A stretch of DNA of 50,194 nt from Chthoniobacterales bacterium (GCA_013812515.1 JACCTI010000005.1:1-50194); one strand, 5' to 3'; counted from the first letter of the stretch, positions 8,705 through 18,094 are shown. Numbers and translations are program-made. The notes: a model not told the origin generated them from the letters alone.

Positions 8705-9016
8705 CTCCAGTTTCAGACGTGAAGAAGGCTTTGCCTATTGCAGAGAAGTTTTCGGGCCGGCGTTTTTCACAGAGCTTCTGTCTTTAATCTCTTAACCGGA
8801 ACACATCTCTTCTTCTTAAGCGGGCGAATAAGTAGCCGACCGAGCAGGTTCTTGCCTCTAAAGGGTGCGTGGAAGGATGGTGTTGATAAGCGCGGCAGCT
8901 CCCCGGTGCAACACACGACAGTGCGAGGGAGAGGCATTCTGTTGGCCTTTATTAGAAGTTGTTGGCTTCTTACTGCCGATTGCTTTAACACGAACGGCGT
9001 GCGGCTCAGAAAGGTA

Positions 9017-9829
9017 ATGTTCATCGTCTGTTGGTGTGCCGCCGGTGCGCTGGTTGCCTCAGTAAACGCGGAAGAGCCGACGCTCGCGCGTATCCAGCAG
9101 ATCCTCGCTTCGAAGCGAATGGTCGACCTGACGCATGCTTTTGAGCCGGGCATTCCGCACTGGTCTGGATTTCCAGATGAGAAACGGGAGACTATCTACT
9201 GGTACGAGAAGGGTCGAGGCACGCTTGGCGAAGGATTCTTTTCCGAGGTTTACACGCACGTTGGTCAATGGGGAACGCATGTTGATCCGCCGGCGCATTT
9301 CATCAAGGGCTTGCGCACGGTGGATCAAATCGAGTTGAAAGAAATGATCCTGCCGCTGGTCGTGATCGACGTGCACGAAGAGGCGGCGAAGAACCCCGAT
9401 TACACGCTTACGCTCGACCGAGTGAAGCGCTGGGAGAAGGAACATGGCGCGATTCCGGCGGGAGCGTTTGTCGCGTTGCGCACCGACTGGTCAAAGCGTT
9501 GGCCGGACGCAAAGGCACTGGACAACAAAGACAAAGACGGTGTCGCGCATTACCCCGGCTGGAGCAAGGAGGCCCTCACGTTTTTGTACGAAGAACGCAA
9601 GGTCACCGCGAGCGGACACGAGACGACCGATACCGACCCAGGCTTCGCGGCTTCGAAAGACGATTACGCGCTGGAGACTTATGTCTTGAGCACAAATCAT
9701 TACCAGATTGAACTGCTGACGAATCTCGATCAATGCCCAGAATCCGGCGCGATCGTCGTGGTCAGCTTTCCGAAACCCAAAGGCGGCTCGGGTTTTCCGG
9801 CACGAGTCTTTGCGATCCTGCCGGACTAA
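9017..9829 (+). CDS. secreted cyclase-family protein (kynurenine formamidase-like fold)
   Basis: Signal peptide MFIVCWCAAGALVASVNA. Cyclase motifs DLTHAF.PGIP.W, HVGQWGTHVDPPAHF, and LxHETTDTD. Confidence 0.8.
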   Translation: MFIVCWCAAGALVASVNAEEPTLARIQQILASKRMVDLTHAFEPGIPHWSGFPDEKRETIYWYEKGRGTLGEGFFSEVYTHVGQWGTHVDPPAHFIKGLRTVDQIELKEMILPLVVIDVHEEAAKNPDYTLTLDRVKRWEKEHGAIPAGAFVALRTDWSKRWPDAKALDNKDKDGVAHYPGWSKEALTFLYEERKVTASGHETTDTDPGFAASKDDYALETYVLSTNHYQIELLTNLDQCPESGAIVVVSFPKPKGGSGFPARVFAILPD

Positions 9830-9839
9830 CGCACGCAGG

Positions 9840-10448
9840 TCAGCTTCGCTTCGGCTGATACTTCCACATCCGCGGCTTGCCTTGGGCGAGCCACTCCAGC
9901 GCAGTCGCGAGGCGCTGCGCGCGCGTGGCGTCACGTTTTGCTTCGGTAAGCCACTCCACATATTCCTTCTGGTGGCTGTAGGTCAAACCATTGAAGGTTC
10001 GCTTCGCCTTCGCATTCTGGCGCAGCGCATTTTGGAAGTAATCGGGAATGACCAGAGGCTTCGTTCTGGGTTTTGCTCGCCGTGGTATCTTCACACCCGC
10101 TTCGTTCAGCTCGACTGCTTTCCGCACGTAACCAACCAGGATCTCTTCGGGCGGTAAATCAGAGAGCGTGGTGATTGGTCCGAATTGGCCCATCCCTTTG
10201 CGCTCAATGCCTAGGTCCACCGGAAGAATGAGCGCTGCCTTCCAGAATCCGAAGGAGCCATGCCGCTTGAACGCCGCCATCCCGCAGAGCGGCCCTTTGT
10301 AATCGAAGTGCGGCATACTCCACTTCAACGTCTCCTCCACGTCCGGGCAGCCCGCGTGCACGACCTTGCGCAATTGCTTCAGAATTGGCTGCGCGAATGG
10401 CGCTGACTGGGCGATGTACGCATCGAGGCGTGGATCTTTCTTGGGCAT
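9840..10448 (-). CDS. DUF1801 / YdeI-OmpD-associated family protein
   Basis: AQPILKQLRKVVHAGCPDVEETLKWSMPHFDYKG...AFKRHGSFGFWK, and a C-terminal SHQKEYVEWLTEAKRDATRAQRLATALEWLAQGK. Confidence 0.75.
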   Translation of the reverse strand: MPKKDPRLDAYIAQSAPFAQPILKQLRKVVHAGCPDVEETLKWSMPHFDYKGPLCGMAAFKRHGSFGFWKAALILPVDLGIERKGMGQFGPITTLSDLPPEEILVGYVRKAVELNEAGVKIPRRAKPRTKPLVIPDYFQNALRQNAKAKRTFNGLTYSHQKEYVEWLTEAKRDATRAQRLATALEWLAQGKPRMWKYQPKRS

Positions 10449-10578
10449 GTCAGGGTGAGACGGCGACGGGATATTTAGCAAACTCACGGAAGGATTGTCG
10501 AGCAGCGGTTGCTACGCTCACAGCCGAGCACGGCCAAATACATGTTCGGGTGCGAACCCATCGACACACCCAAACTTT

Positions 10579-11340
10579 ATGGCACTTACCGTCCAACCAT
10601 TCGCCGACAGCAAAGAACTCGATCGGGTTCGCGAGGCTCTCAACGTCAACGTCGGAGAAGTAGAGCGCATCGGTTCCGTCGCGGCAGGCGCTGGGCTCGT
10701 TCTGTACGGTTTATCACGCCGCTCGATCCCAGGGTTGCTTCTTGGGTTGGTCGGTGGAGCGCTGATTCACCGCGGCGCGACAGGGCACTGCTCCGTCTAC
10801 ATCGCCCTAGGGGTGAACGCCCGGCAGCTGAACACGGAACACGGCGTGCAAGGCAACAAGGGAATAAACGTGGTGAGGACAATCACGGTCGCCCGCGCAC
10901 CGGAGGAAGTTTATCGTTACTGGCGCAACTTGGAGAATCTCCCGCGTTTCATGGAGCACGTGGAATCTGTCCGCGAGCTTGATCCGAAGCGGTCCGCTTG
11001 GGTCGTGCGCGGTCCGCTTGGCCACAACGTTGAGTGGACAGCGCAGATCATCACTGATCGCGAAGGGCAGATGATTTCGTGGGAATCGCTGCCGGGCGCA
11101 GAAGTGCAGAATGCGGGCTCGGTTTGGTTTGAGCCAGTGAACGGCGGAAGCTCCACCGAGGTGAAGGTGTCGCTGCAATATTTGCCACCGGCGGGAGTTG
11201 TTGGCGCAGCCGTCGCGAAGCTTTTGGGCGAAGCTCCGGAGCAGCAGCTCGATGAAGATCTCGCGCGTTTTAAAAACCTGATCGAAACGGGGGCCACCGG
11301 CGCCAGCGTGCGAGATCATCAGCATCAAGCAACGCTGTAG
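10579..11340 (+). CDS. SRPBCC (cyclase/dehydrase) family protein with N-terminal YgaP-like two-TM segment
   Basis: N-terminal ERIGSVAAGAGLVLYGL...GGALIHRGATGHCSVY, followed by a START/SRPBCC-like core (VYRYWRNLENLPRFMEHVESV...). Confidence 0.75.
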   Translation: MALTVQPFADSKELDRVREALNVNVGEVERIGSVAAGAGLVLYGLSRRSIPGLLLGLVGGALIHRGATGHCSVYIALGVNARQLNTEHGVQGNKGINVVRTITVARAPEEVYRYWRNLENLPRFMEHVESVRELDPKRSAWVVRGPLGHNVEWTAQIITDREGQMISWESLPGAEVQNAGSVWFEPVNGGSSTEVKVSLQYLPPAGVVGAAVAKLLGEAPEQQLDEDLARFKNLIETGATGASVRDHQHQATL

Positions 11341-11347
11341 CGCATGA

Positions 11348-11442
11348 GTTGTAGCCGGGGGCGATGACCCCGCCTGGCCCCAAGGCAGTATTCTCTCCGG
11401 TCGGCTGTCTCTCGCCGCCGGGGTCACCGCCCCCGGTTACAA
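11348..11442. repeat. REPIN-like inverted pair of GTAG-headed palindromic repeats (family A)
   Basis: GTTGTAGCCGGGGGCGATGACCCCGCC (11348-11374) and its near reverse complement GGGGTCACCGCCCCCGGTTACAA (11420-11442). Lies between the convergent SRPBCC and polX genes. The right arm overlaps the polX stop codon. Confidence 0.6.
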
Positions 11443-13206
11443 GTTTGCTGCCACTCGTTTTCGCTCCAGTTCGCGCTCAATCTTGCCAACTGGAAGGCAA
11501 TTCACGACATCCTCCTTGGTCAGCCAGCCCTTCCGAGCGACCCCGACGCCAAACCAAAGCTCCTGGAGCCGGTCGACCGCATGCGCGTCCGGGTTGATCA
11601 CACACTTGACTCCCTTCTCTTTTGCGAATGGCCACCAGCGCCAGTCTAAATCGAGGCGCTTGGGCGCGGCGTTGATCTCGATCCAGGTGCCGGTCCCGGC
11701 GGCGGCTTCGATGATGGCCGGAATGTCCACCGCGTAAGGCTCGCGACGCAGGAGCAAACGCCCCGTCGGATGCGCGAGAAAAGTGACGTAAGGATTGCTG
11801 ATCGCGCGGATGATCCGCTTCGTCATGTCTGCTTCCCCGAGGCTGAAAGCGGAATGCACGGAAGCGACCACGAAGTCCAGTTCCGCCAGCAGTTCGTCCG
11901 GAAAATCCAGCGAGCCGTCGCGCAGAATATCGCATTCCACTCCGGAGAAGATGCGGATTCCGGTGCGTTCCTTGTTCCACCCACGGATCGCGGCCATCTG
12001 GGTGCGCAGGCGGGCCTCGTCGAGCCCACGGGCTTGGATCGCGCTGCGGCTGTGATCGGCAATTCCGATGTATTGCAGCCCCAGCTCCTCTGCCGCGCAC
12101 GCCATCTCCGCGAGTGAATTGCGTCCGTCGCTCGCCGTCGTGTGGCAATGAAACGTGCCGCGGAGATTCTCCTTCTCCAGGAGCCGCGGCAAACGCCCCG
12201 CAGCCGCCGCCTCGAATTCGCCGCGATTTTCGCGCAGCTCGGGCGCGATATAATCCAGGCCTAACGAGCGGTAGAGTTCCGTCTCATCGTTTATCTCGGG
12301 AATCTCCGCGGCCAGCGGGCGCTTCTTCTTCGTCGCGGGATCGGGCGGGGCCGGCGCCATGCGGTATTCGTTCAGGGTCCAACCGCGCTGCAACGCGCGG
12401 TTCCGCAGGACGACGTTATGCTCCTTACTTCCAGTGAAGTAATTGAGCGCAAAGGGATACTCCGCGGGCGTGATCACGCGCAGATCGCATTGAATGCCGG
12501 AACGCAGCCGGACACTCGATTTAGTCGCCCCTTGCACCAGCACGGACTCCACCTGCGGGTGTTCGGCAAAAAACTTCGAGACCACGTCCGGCGCATTGGT
12601 GGCGACGATGAAATCTAGATCGCGGACGATCTCCCTGCGCCGGCGGTAGCTCCCGGCAATGCAGACATGCAGCGCTTCGTCGAGCGCGCGCAGATCGTCT
12701 TGCAATGTCTCCGCTTCGCTCGCGATTTGCCCGAGCCGGAAAATCCCGGAGTGCTTCACGCGATCCGCAATCGCCTGGCAGAGCTTCTCCTGTGTCGTCT
12801 TGCCGAAGCCTGGCAACTCCGCGACGCGATCGGCTTCACACGCCTCCTTGAGCTGCGCAATCGAGCTAACGTGCAGCTTCTCATAAAGCGCCTTGATCTT
12901 CTTCGCGCCCAGCCCCGGGAGCGTGAAAAGCTCGAGAATATCGAGGGGAAATTCCCTCCGGAGTGCTTCGAAGAACGTGGATGATCCCGTCTCGGCCAAC
13001 TCCCGAATCACAGAACCGATACCTTTGCCCACGCCCGGAATGCTAGAGAGCGTCGCCTCATCTCGGAGGTCGGCAACGTTTCCTCCCCACGTTTCGATGG
13101 AACGGGCCGCATTTGTGTAGGCCCGGATTTTGAACGGATTTTCCGCCTTTAGTTCCAGGAGGGTCGCGATCTGCTCCATCGCGGCGACGAGACCTGCTTT
13201 ATCCAC
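11437..13206 (-). CDS. polX: DNA polymerase/3'-5' exonuclease PolX (Pol beta-like domain plus PHP domain)
   Basis: 589 aa. HhH motifs (IPGVGKGI, LPGLGAKK), the nucleotidyltransferase core (GSYRRRREIVRDLDF), and a C-terminal PHP domain (FHCHTTASDG...ADHS). Confidence 0.9.
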   Translation of the reverse strand: MDKAGLVAAMEQIATLLELKAENPFKIRAYTNAARSIETWGGNVADLRDEATLSSIPGVGKGIGSVIRELAETGSSTFFEALRREFPLDILELFTLPGLGAKKIKALYEKLHVSSIAQLKEACEADRVAELPGFGKTTQEKLCQAIADRVKHSGIFRLGQIASEAETLQDDLRALDEALHVCIAGSYRRRREIVRDLDFIVATNAPDVVSKFFAEHPQVESVLVQGATKSSVRLRSGIQCDLRVITPAEYPFALNYFTGSKEHNVVLRNRALQRGWTLNEYRMAPAPPDPATKKKRPLAAEIPEINDETELYRSLGLDYIAPELRENRGEFEAAAAGRLPRLLEKENLRGTFHCHTTASDGRNSLAEMACAAEELGLQYIGIADHSRSAIQARGLDEARLRTQMAAIRGWNKERTGIRIFSGVECDILRDGSLDFPDELLAELDFVVASVHSAFSLGEADMTKRIIRAISNPYVTFLAHPTGRLLLRREPYAVDIPAIIEAAAGTGTWIEINAAPKRLDLDWRWWPFAKEKGVKCVINPDAHAVDRLQELWFGVGVARKGWLTKEDVVNCLPVGKIERELERKRVAANL

Positions 13207-13456
13207 CGGACACCGTTACCAGAGAATCGCGCCGCGTCGATTCGGCGAGTGGTCATCCCGAATCGCGCAGACGATGAGGAATCTCGGACAGAGTGTTTTA
13301 ACGGACTGAGGGGGTCCAAGCGAGGCGAAAGATCCTATGCGAGGTGCCTCGGTGCGCTGCGCCAGCCTAGGATGACCTGTCGGCTCCACGGCTAAGGTGA
13401 CGCGAATGATCACGTTCCGACGTTCAACCAGCGTCCGCTGCCTACCTCACGCGTCG

Positions 13457-14056
13457 CTACATCCGGCCGCGCCGCTGATAAAACTCCAGACGTCCCAGAA
13501 CGCCCTTCACGTACTTCCGTGTTCCGGGAAAATCGATGTTCTGACGGAAGACCGTCGCAGGAACAACTTCCGCGTCGTCCCCGCCGGCCCAGCGCTGTGC
13601 GCGACTCGCACCTGCATTGTATTCCGCTAATGCGAACGGAATCGGATCAACCTGGTTTTTCCAATGTCCGATGGCCCGCGCCAGATACCACGTCCCTGCC
13701 TGGAGATTGACTTTCGGGTCGAATAGCTCCTCGACGCGAAAGTTCTCCACCTTCGTGCCCTGCGCCCACTCGCCCGCGGCCCGCTCCGTCACCTGCATGA
13801 GACCGCGCTCGCCCGCGCTGCCGTACTTCTGGGTATCGAAACGGCTCTCGCGCCACACGACGGCTTTCACCAGCAGCGGATCGACACGGTATTGCGCGGC
13901 GACGGTGCGGATCAGCTCATCGTGCTGCTGAAAACGCGCGGGGCTGACCCACTCGTGAAGCGTGTAGACCGCATCACCGGAACGGAGCGCGAGGTAACCC
14001 GTGCCAGCGCCCGCTGCGAGCAGTCCACAAATCAGGAGCTTAAGAACGAATCGCAT
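13457..14056 (-). CDS. lytic transglycosylase (SLT domain) with N-terminal anchor
   Basis: VVWRESRFD...GERGLMQVT...AEYNAG motifs. Hydrophobic N-terminus. Confidence 0.8.
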   Translation of the reverse strand: MRFVLKLLICGLLAAGAGTGYLALRSGDAVYTLHEWVSPARFQQHDELIRTVAAQYRVDPLLVKAVVWRESRFDTQKYGSAGERGLMQVTERAAGEWAQGTKVENFRVEELFDPKVNLQAGTWYLARAIGHWKNQVDPIPFALAEYNAGASRAQRWAGGDDAEVVPATVFRQNIDFPGTRKYVKGVLGRLEFYQRRGRM

Positions 14057-14187
14057 CGCGCGCTTTCGCTCAGTTTGCGGCGCTCTGCTCCGGGCAGTTG
14101 GAGAACGGAGAGAACGAGCGGAAACTCATGCTGCATCAATCCACAAATGCGTTCTCCTGAGCAATTGAATTCCTGCGGCGCCACCTC

Positions 14188-16416
14188 GTGAAACCGAATT
14201 TCGCTCGCGTCATTATCGATCGCGCGATTCATCGCGAGCTCGATTACGCCATTCCGCACGAGTTCGCGGGCCGGATCGACGTCGGATGGCGCGTGCGCGT
14301 GCCGTTTCGCGAGAAAGCCGCGCTTGCGACAGTTATTGCCATTCTGGCGGAAACCGACGCATCCGGCATTCGGCCGATTGAGGCGGTCGTCGGCGACGGC
14401 GCGGCTTTAAGTCCCAAGCTGCTCGAACTCGCGCGATGGATGAGCGCATATTACTGCTGTTCGATCGAGACGGTAATGCGGAGCCTGCTGCCGCAGGTGA
14501 TTCGGCGCGCGGAAGTGAGCTGGAAGAAGCAGCTCTTCGTTCATCGCATGCGAGAGGTGCCGCCGGACGCGGCAGAGAAGCTGCGGAAGCGCGCGCCGCG
14601 GCAAGCCGAGTTGCTGGACGCGGTCAGCCAACTCACTGCGCCGATCGCGGCGGCCGATCTTCTGCGGCAAACGTCGCTCGATAACCAGACGCTCCGTGCG
14701 CTCGCCAGACGTGGATATGTTGAACTGCGCGCAGCGGCGATGCCACGCGATCCGCACGCCGACGAGCAGTTCGTTGCCACCACCAACCTGTGCTTGAACG
14801 CCGAACAGTCTGCCGCGCTAACGGCGATCGAGCAGTCGTTAGGCAATCCGTCCAATGCCCGACCGATCCTGCTTCATGGCGTGACTGGCAGTGGCAAGAC
14901 AGAGATCTACTTGCAGGCGATTCGTTCCGCGCTGGCCCGAGGCGGGACGGCCATCGTGCTCGTGCCGGAAATCTCGCTCACGCCCCAAACCGTGGAGCGC
15001 TTTAAGAGCCGTTTCGCGGAGGGGGCCGACATGGTTGCCGTGCTGCACAGTCGGCTCTCGGAAGGCGAACGGCACGACGAATGGCATAAAATTCAGGCTG
15101 GCCGTGCGCGCATCGTGATCGGCGCCAGGAGCGCCATCTTCGCGCCGTTGGAAAATCTTGGGCTCATCGTGGTGGATGAAGAACACGAGACTTCCTACAA
15201 GCAGGAAGAAGCGCCGCGCTATCAGGCGCGGGATGTGGCCGTGGTGCGCGGCAAGCTGGAGAATTGCGTCGTTCTTCTCGGCACCGCGACGCCTTCGCTG
15301 GAAAGCTACTACAACGCCACCCGTGGCAAGTATCAGCTCCTGAAGCTAACCCTGCGCGTGGACGACAACCAGATGCCGTTAATCCGCATCGTCGATTTAA
15401 GAGAGGAGAAGCGGAAAGCGAAGTCCCTCACGATCATTGGCGAAAAATTGCACAGCGCGATCATTGCCCGACTGGAGAAACGCGAGCAGACCATCCTCTT
15501 CTTGAACCGCCGTGGCTTCTCCACCTCGTTGCTTTGCAGCGCCTGCGGCGAAGCGCGCGATTGCCCAAACTGCAGTGTGGCGCTCACGTTCCATCGTACG
15601 GCTTCGCGCTTGAGCTGCCATTTGTGCGGACACACTGCGGCGGTGCCGAAGAAGTGTCCGGCGTGCGGAGAAGACGCGCTTATTTATTCGGGCTTCGGCA
15701 CGGAGAAAGTCGAAGCTCACGTCCAGCAGCTCTTCCCGAAATCTGTCGTCCGCCGGATGGATGCGGATTCGATGACGCGCAAAGATGCATATCGCGAGAC
15801 GCTACGCGCCTTTCGCGCGGGCAAGATCGACCTTCTCGTCGGCACCCAGATGATCGCGAAAGGCCTGCACTTCCCGAACGTGACCCTGGTCGGAATCATC
15901 AACGCTGATCTCGCGTTGCACCTCCCGGATTTTCGCGCGGGTGAGCGCACCTTTCAGCTTCTGACGCAGGTCGCCGGTCGCGCTGGTCGCGGCGAAACTC
16001 CAGGCGAAGTGTTCGTGCAAACCTTCACGCCCTTCAGCCCGTCCATTCAGTTTGCGCGTCACCACGATTTCGTCGGCTACTTCGACCAGGAGCTGGAGTT
16101 TCGAGAACGCTGCGAGTTCCCGCCCTTCACCCATGCGGTGCTGATCACGGTGCGATCCGCGCACGAGGCGCGCGCCAGCTTCTCTGCCGAAACTCTCGCG
16201 CGCCGGCTGAAGGAAGCGCTCCCGGACGAGTTCATTCTCAGTCCACCTTCACCTGCGCCGTTGGAAAAACTGCAGGGGCAGCTCCGTTTTCACATCCTCA
16301 TTCGCGGCGAAGCGATCGTGCGCCTGAGCCGGCTCGTTCGCGAGACGCTCGACAAGCTACCTTTTCCCGAGGACGTGCTCGCCTCGGTGGATGTTGATCC
16401 ATATCAACTGCTCTAA
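14188..16416 (+). CDS. priA: primosomal replication restart helicase PriA
   Basis: 742 aa with GTG start. Walker A GVTGSGKTE, DEEH box, Cys-rich zinc insert (CSACGEARDCPNCSVALTFH...CHLCGH...CPACG), GTQMIAKGLHFPNV. Confidence 0.95.
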   Translation: MKPNFARVIIDRAIHRELDYAIPHEFAGRIDVGWRVRVPFREKAALATVIAILAETDASGIRPIEAVVGDGAALSPKLLELARWMSAYYCCSIETVMRSLLPQVIRRAEVSWKKQLFVHRMREVPPDAAEKLRKRAPRQAELLDAVSQLTAPIAAADLLRQTSLDNQTLRALARRGYVELRAAAMPRDPHADEQFVATTNLCLNAEQSAALTAIEQSLGNPSNARPILLHGVTGSGKTEIYLQAIRSALARGGTAIVLVPEISLTPQTVERFKSRFAEGADMVAVLHSRLSEGERHDEWHKIQAGRARIVIGARSAIFAPLENLGLIVVDEEHETSYKQEEAPRYQARDVAVVRGKLENCVVLLGTATPSLESYYNATRGKYQLLKLTLRVDDNQMPLIRIVDLREEKRKAKSLTIIGEKLHSAIIARLEKREQTILFLNRRGFSTSLLCSACGEARDCPNCSVALTFHRTASRLSCHLCGHTAAVPKKCPACGEDALIYSGFGTEKVEAHVQQLFPKSVVRRMDADSMTRKDAYRETLRAFRAGKIDLLVGTQMIAKGLHFPNVTLVGIINADLALHLPDFRAGERTFQLLTQVAGRAGRGETPGEVFVQTFTPFSPSIQFARHHDFVGYFDQELEFRERCEFPPFTHAVLITVRSAHEARASFSAETLARRLKEALPDEFILSPPSPAPLEKLQGQLRFHILIRGEAIVRLSRLVRETLDKLPFPEDVLASVDVDPYQLL
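16307..16416 (+). repeat. direct repeat copy 1: the last 36 codons plus stop of priA
   Basis: 110 nt, about 85% identical to 17985-18094. Nearly all differences are synonymous third-position changes. Confidence 0.85.
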
Positions 16417-16668
16417 GGGTGGCTTTTTCCCTTCGCCGGGTCCTAGCAGGCAGCCCAAACGGCCGCAAACTATGGCGTGAAGAAGGTTTGGCCGGGCTTC
16501 ATTTCCTGCGTGCTTGCGGCGGGGACGTAACTCAACAGTCGGCGAACTGTGTTGAGTCTCGCTTCTATCTCTGGACTAATGGCGGAAGTGGTAGCGGAGG
16601 TGTTGCAAAAATGTCTTGATATTGCTCATGGCGCCGGTGCTCTATGCTCGTTGGGATACCCCCTTTTT

Positions 16669-17217
16669 ATGAAAAGATTGAAATTCTTTGCCGCAATTGC
16701 TGTCGTCCTCGCAGGATCCACCAGCGCGGTGAAAGCACATTTGGTAGACGCAGGCGGCCTCTTCTCGCCCCCAGGAAGTCAGTTATTAGATCCAGCTGTC
16801 AGAGCGGCCGCGCTGGAAAGTCAATTCCACACTGGCCCACTTACCTTCCTCGGGAGGTATGTTCATGACCGAACGGGCGCGGTGACATTCGTGCCTGGCG
16901 CGATCAGCGATCCATCCAAACTGAGCTTTACGCACACGGAATTCCTGACCGGTTTGCTGTCGTGGGACCTTGCCGGTACCGGCTTTCAAAACAAGTGGGG
17001 CGTCACGCTGTTTTCTGGTGACGACTATGCATTTAATGAAGCCTACCGAGTCACCCGCGACGAGTTCCTTAACTCGCTGGGCCCGCAGCTGATGTTCGGA
17101 ACGCCGATAGATATTTTTGGCACCGCCAGTGGGGTTCCCGAGGCGGGGTCCACCGCGCTGCTTCTCGGTATTACAGGCGTGGGTTTCGGCCTATTGCGTC
17201 GTTTCCGAGCGCACTGA
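16669..17217 (+). CDS. secreted protein with VPDSG-CTERM-type (PEP-CTERM-like) C-terminal sorting signal
   Basis: Signal peptide MKRLKFFAAIAVVLAGSTSAVKA. C-terminus VPEAGSTALLLGITGVGFGLLRRFRAH (motif, TM helix, basic tail). Confidence 0.75.
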   Translation: MKRLKFFAAIAVVLAGSTSAVKAHLVDAGGLFSPPGSQLLDPAVRAAALESQFHTGPLTFLGRYVHDRTGAVTFVPGAISDPSKLSFTHTEFLTGLLSWDLAGTGFQNKWGVTLFSGDDYAFNEAYRVTRDEFLNSLGPQLMFGTPIDIFGTASGVPEAGSTALLLGITGVGFGLLRRFRAH

Positions 17218-17382
17218 TCTACTCGCGAATGCCCGCGCATGCAAGGCCTACGTTTCCGATTGGTCTGTGCCTCGCTGATGTGAGGCTAAATCCGCTGGAG
17301 GAACTGGTAGCGGAGGTGTCGATGTCTTGACAGTTGCTAGGCTGTCGCCGGCGGTTCTATGCTTCTCAAGCGTCTCAATCTT

Positions 17383-17921
17383 ATGAAAACATTAAAATTT
17401 GTCTGCCCAATGGTTGTCGCCTTCGCAGGACTTACAAGTTCGGTGAACGCGGATCGATATTTGCGGGGCAAATATTCCCTGGGATCCAGCTGACCAAGCG
17501 GCGGGTGCTGGAGGAGCAGTTCCACACTGGTCCACTTACCTTCCTTGGTCTGTATGGTCATGACCCAGAAACGGGCGCTGTGATATTCCTGCCTGGCGCG
17601 ATCAGCGATCCAGCCAGACTGAGCTTTACGCCAACGGATCGCCTGACCGGCCTGGTATCTTGGGATCTCATCGGCACCGGTTTTCAAAATAGATTCGTCA
17701 CGGCGGACGTATTTGAGGACGACTTTGACGTTGTTAACGTCTTCCGCGTCACTCAGGACGAGTTTCTTAACTCGCGCGGCGCAGCCGCCGTCCGGAATCG
17801 ATGGAGTGCTGATCTACTTTTCGGGACCCCCAGCAGAGTGCCCGACACAGGGTCTACGGCGGTGCTGCTCGGTAGCACACTCGTTGGTTTCGGGCTAATG
17901 CACCGTTTCCTCGCACACTGA
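17383..17921 (+). pseudogene. decayed tandem paralogue of the VPDSG-CTERM protein (at least two frame changes between signal peptide and mature domain)
   Basis: The signal peptide MKTLKFVCPMVVAFAGLTSSVNA is in frame 1 and stops at 17491. A DPA remnant (17483) is in frame 2. The mature domain (EEQFHTGPLTFLG...RVPDTGSTAVLLGSTLVGFGLMHRFLAH) is in frame 3. Confidence 0.65.
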
Positions 17922-17984
17922 CTTCCCGCTTCCGGCGGGCGATGCCGCTTGAATCATGCCGCGCTATGGGCTGTGTCGGACGAC

Positions 17985-18094
17985 GCGAAGCGATCGTGCG
18001 CCTGAGCCGACTCGTTCGCGAGACACTCGACAAGCTACCGCTGCCCGAAGACGTGCTCGCATCTGTTGATGTGGACCCTTACCAGCTCTTGTAG
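17985..18094 (+). pseudogene. orphan copy of the priA 3' end (direct repeat copy 2)
   Basis: Encodes EAIVRLSRLVRETLDKLPLPEDVLASVDVDPYQLL*. This differs from the PriA C-terminus by one residue (F to L) despite about 15 nucleotide differences. Confidence 0.8.

Noticed and set aside
16417-17984. An integrase, recombinase or transposase gene inside the priA-flanked insert.
   Set aside because: Only the two VPDSG-CTERM genes and short non-coding spacers are present. No ORF in any frame shows tyrosine or serine recombinase or DDE motifs.
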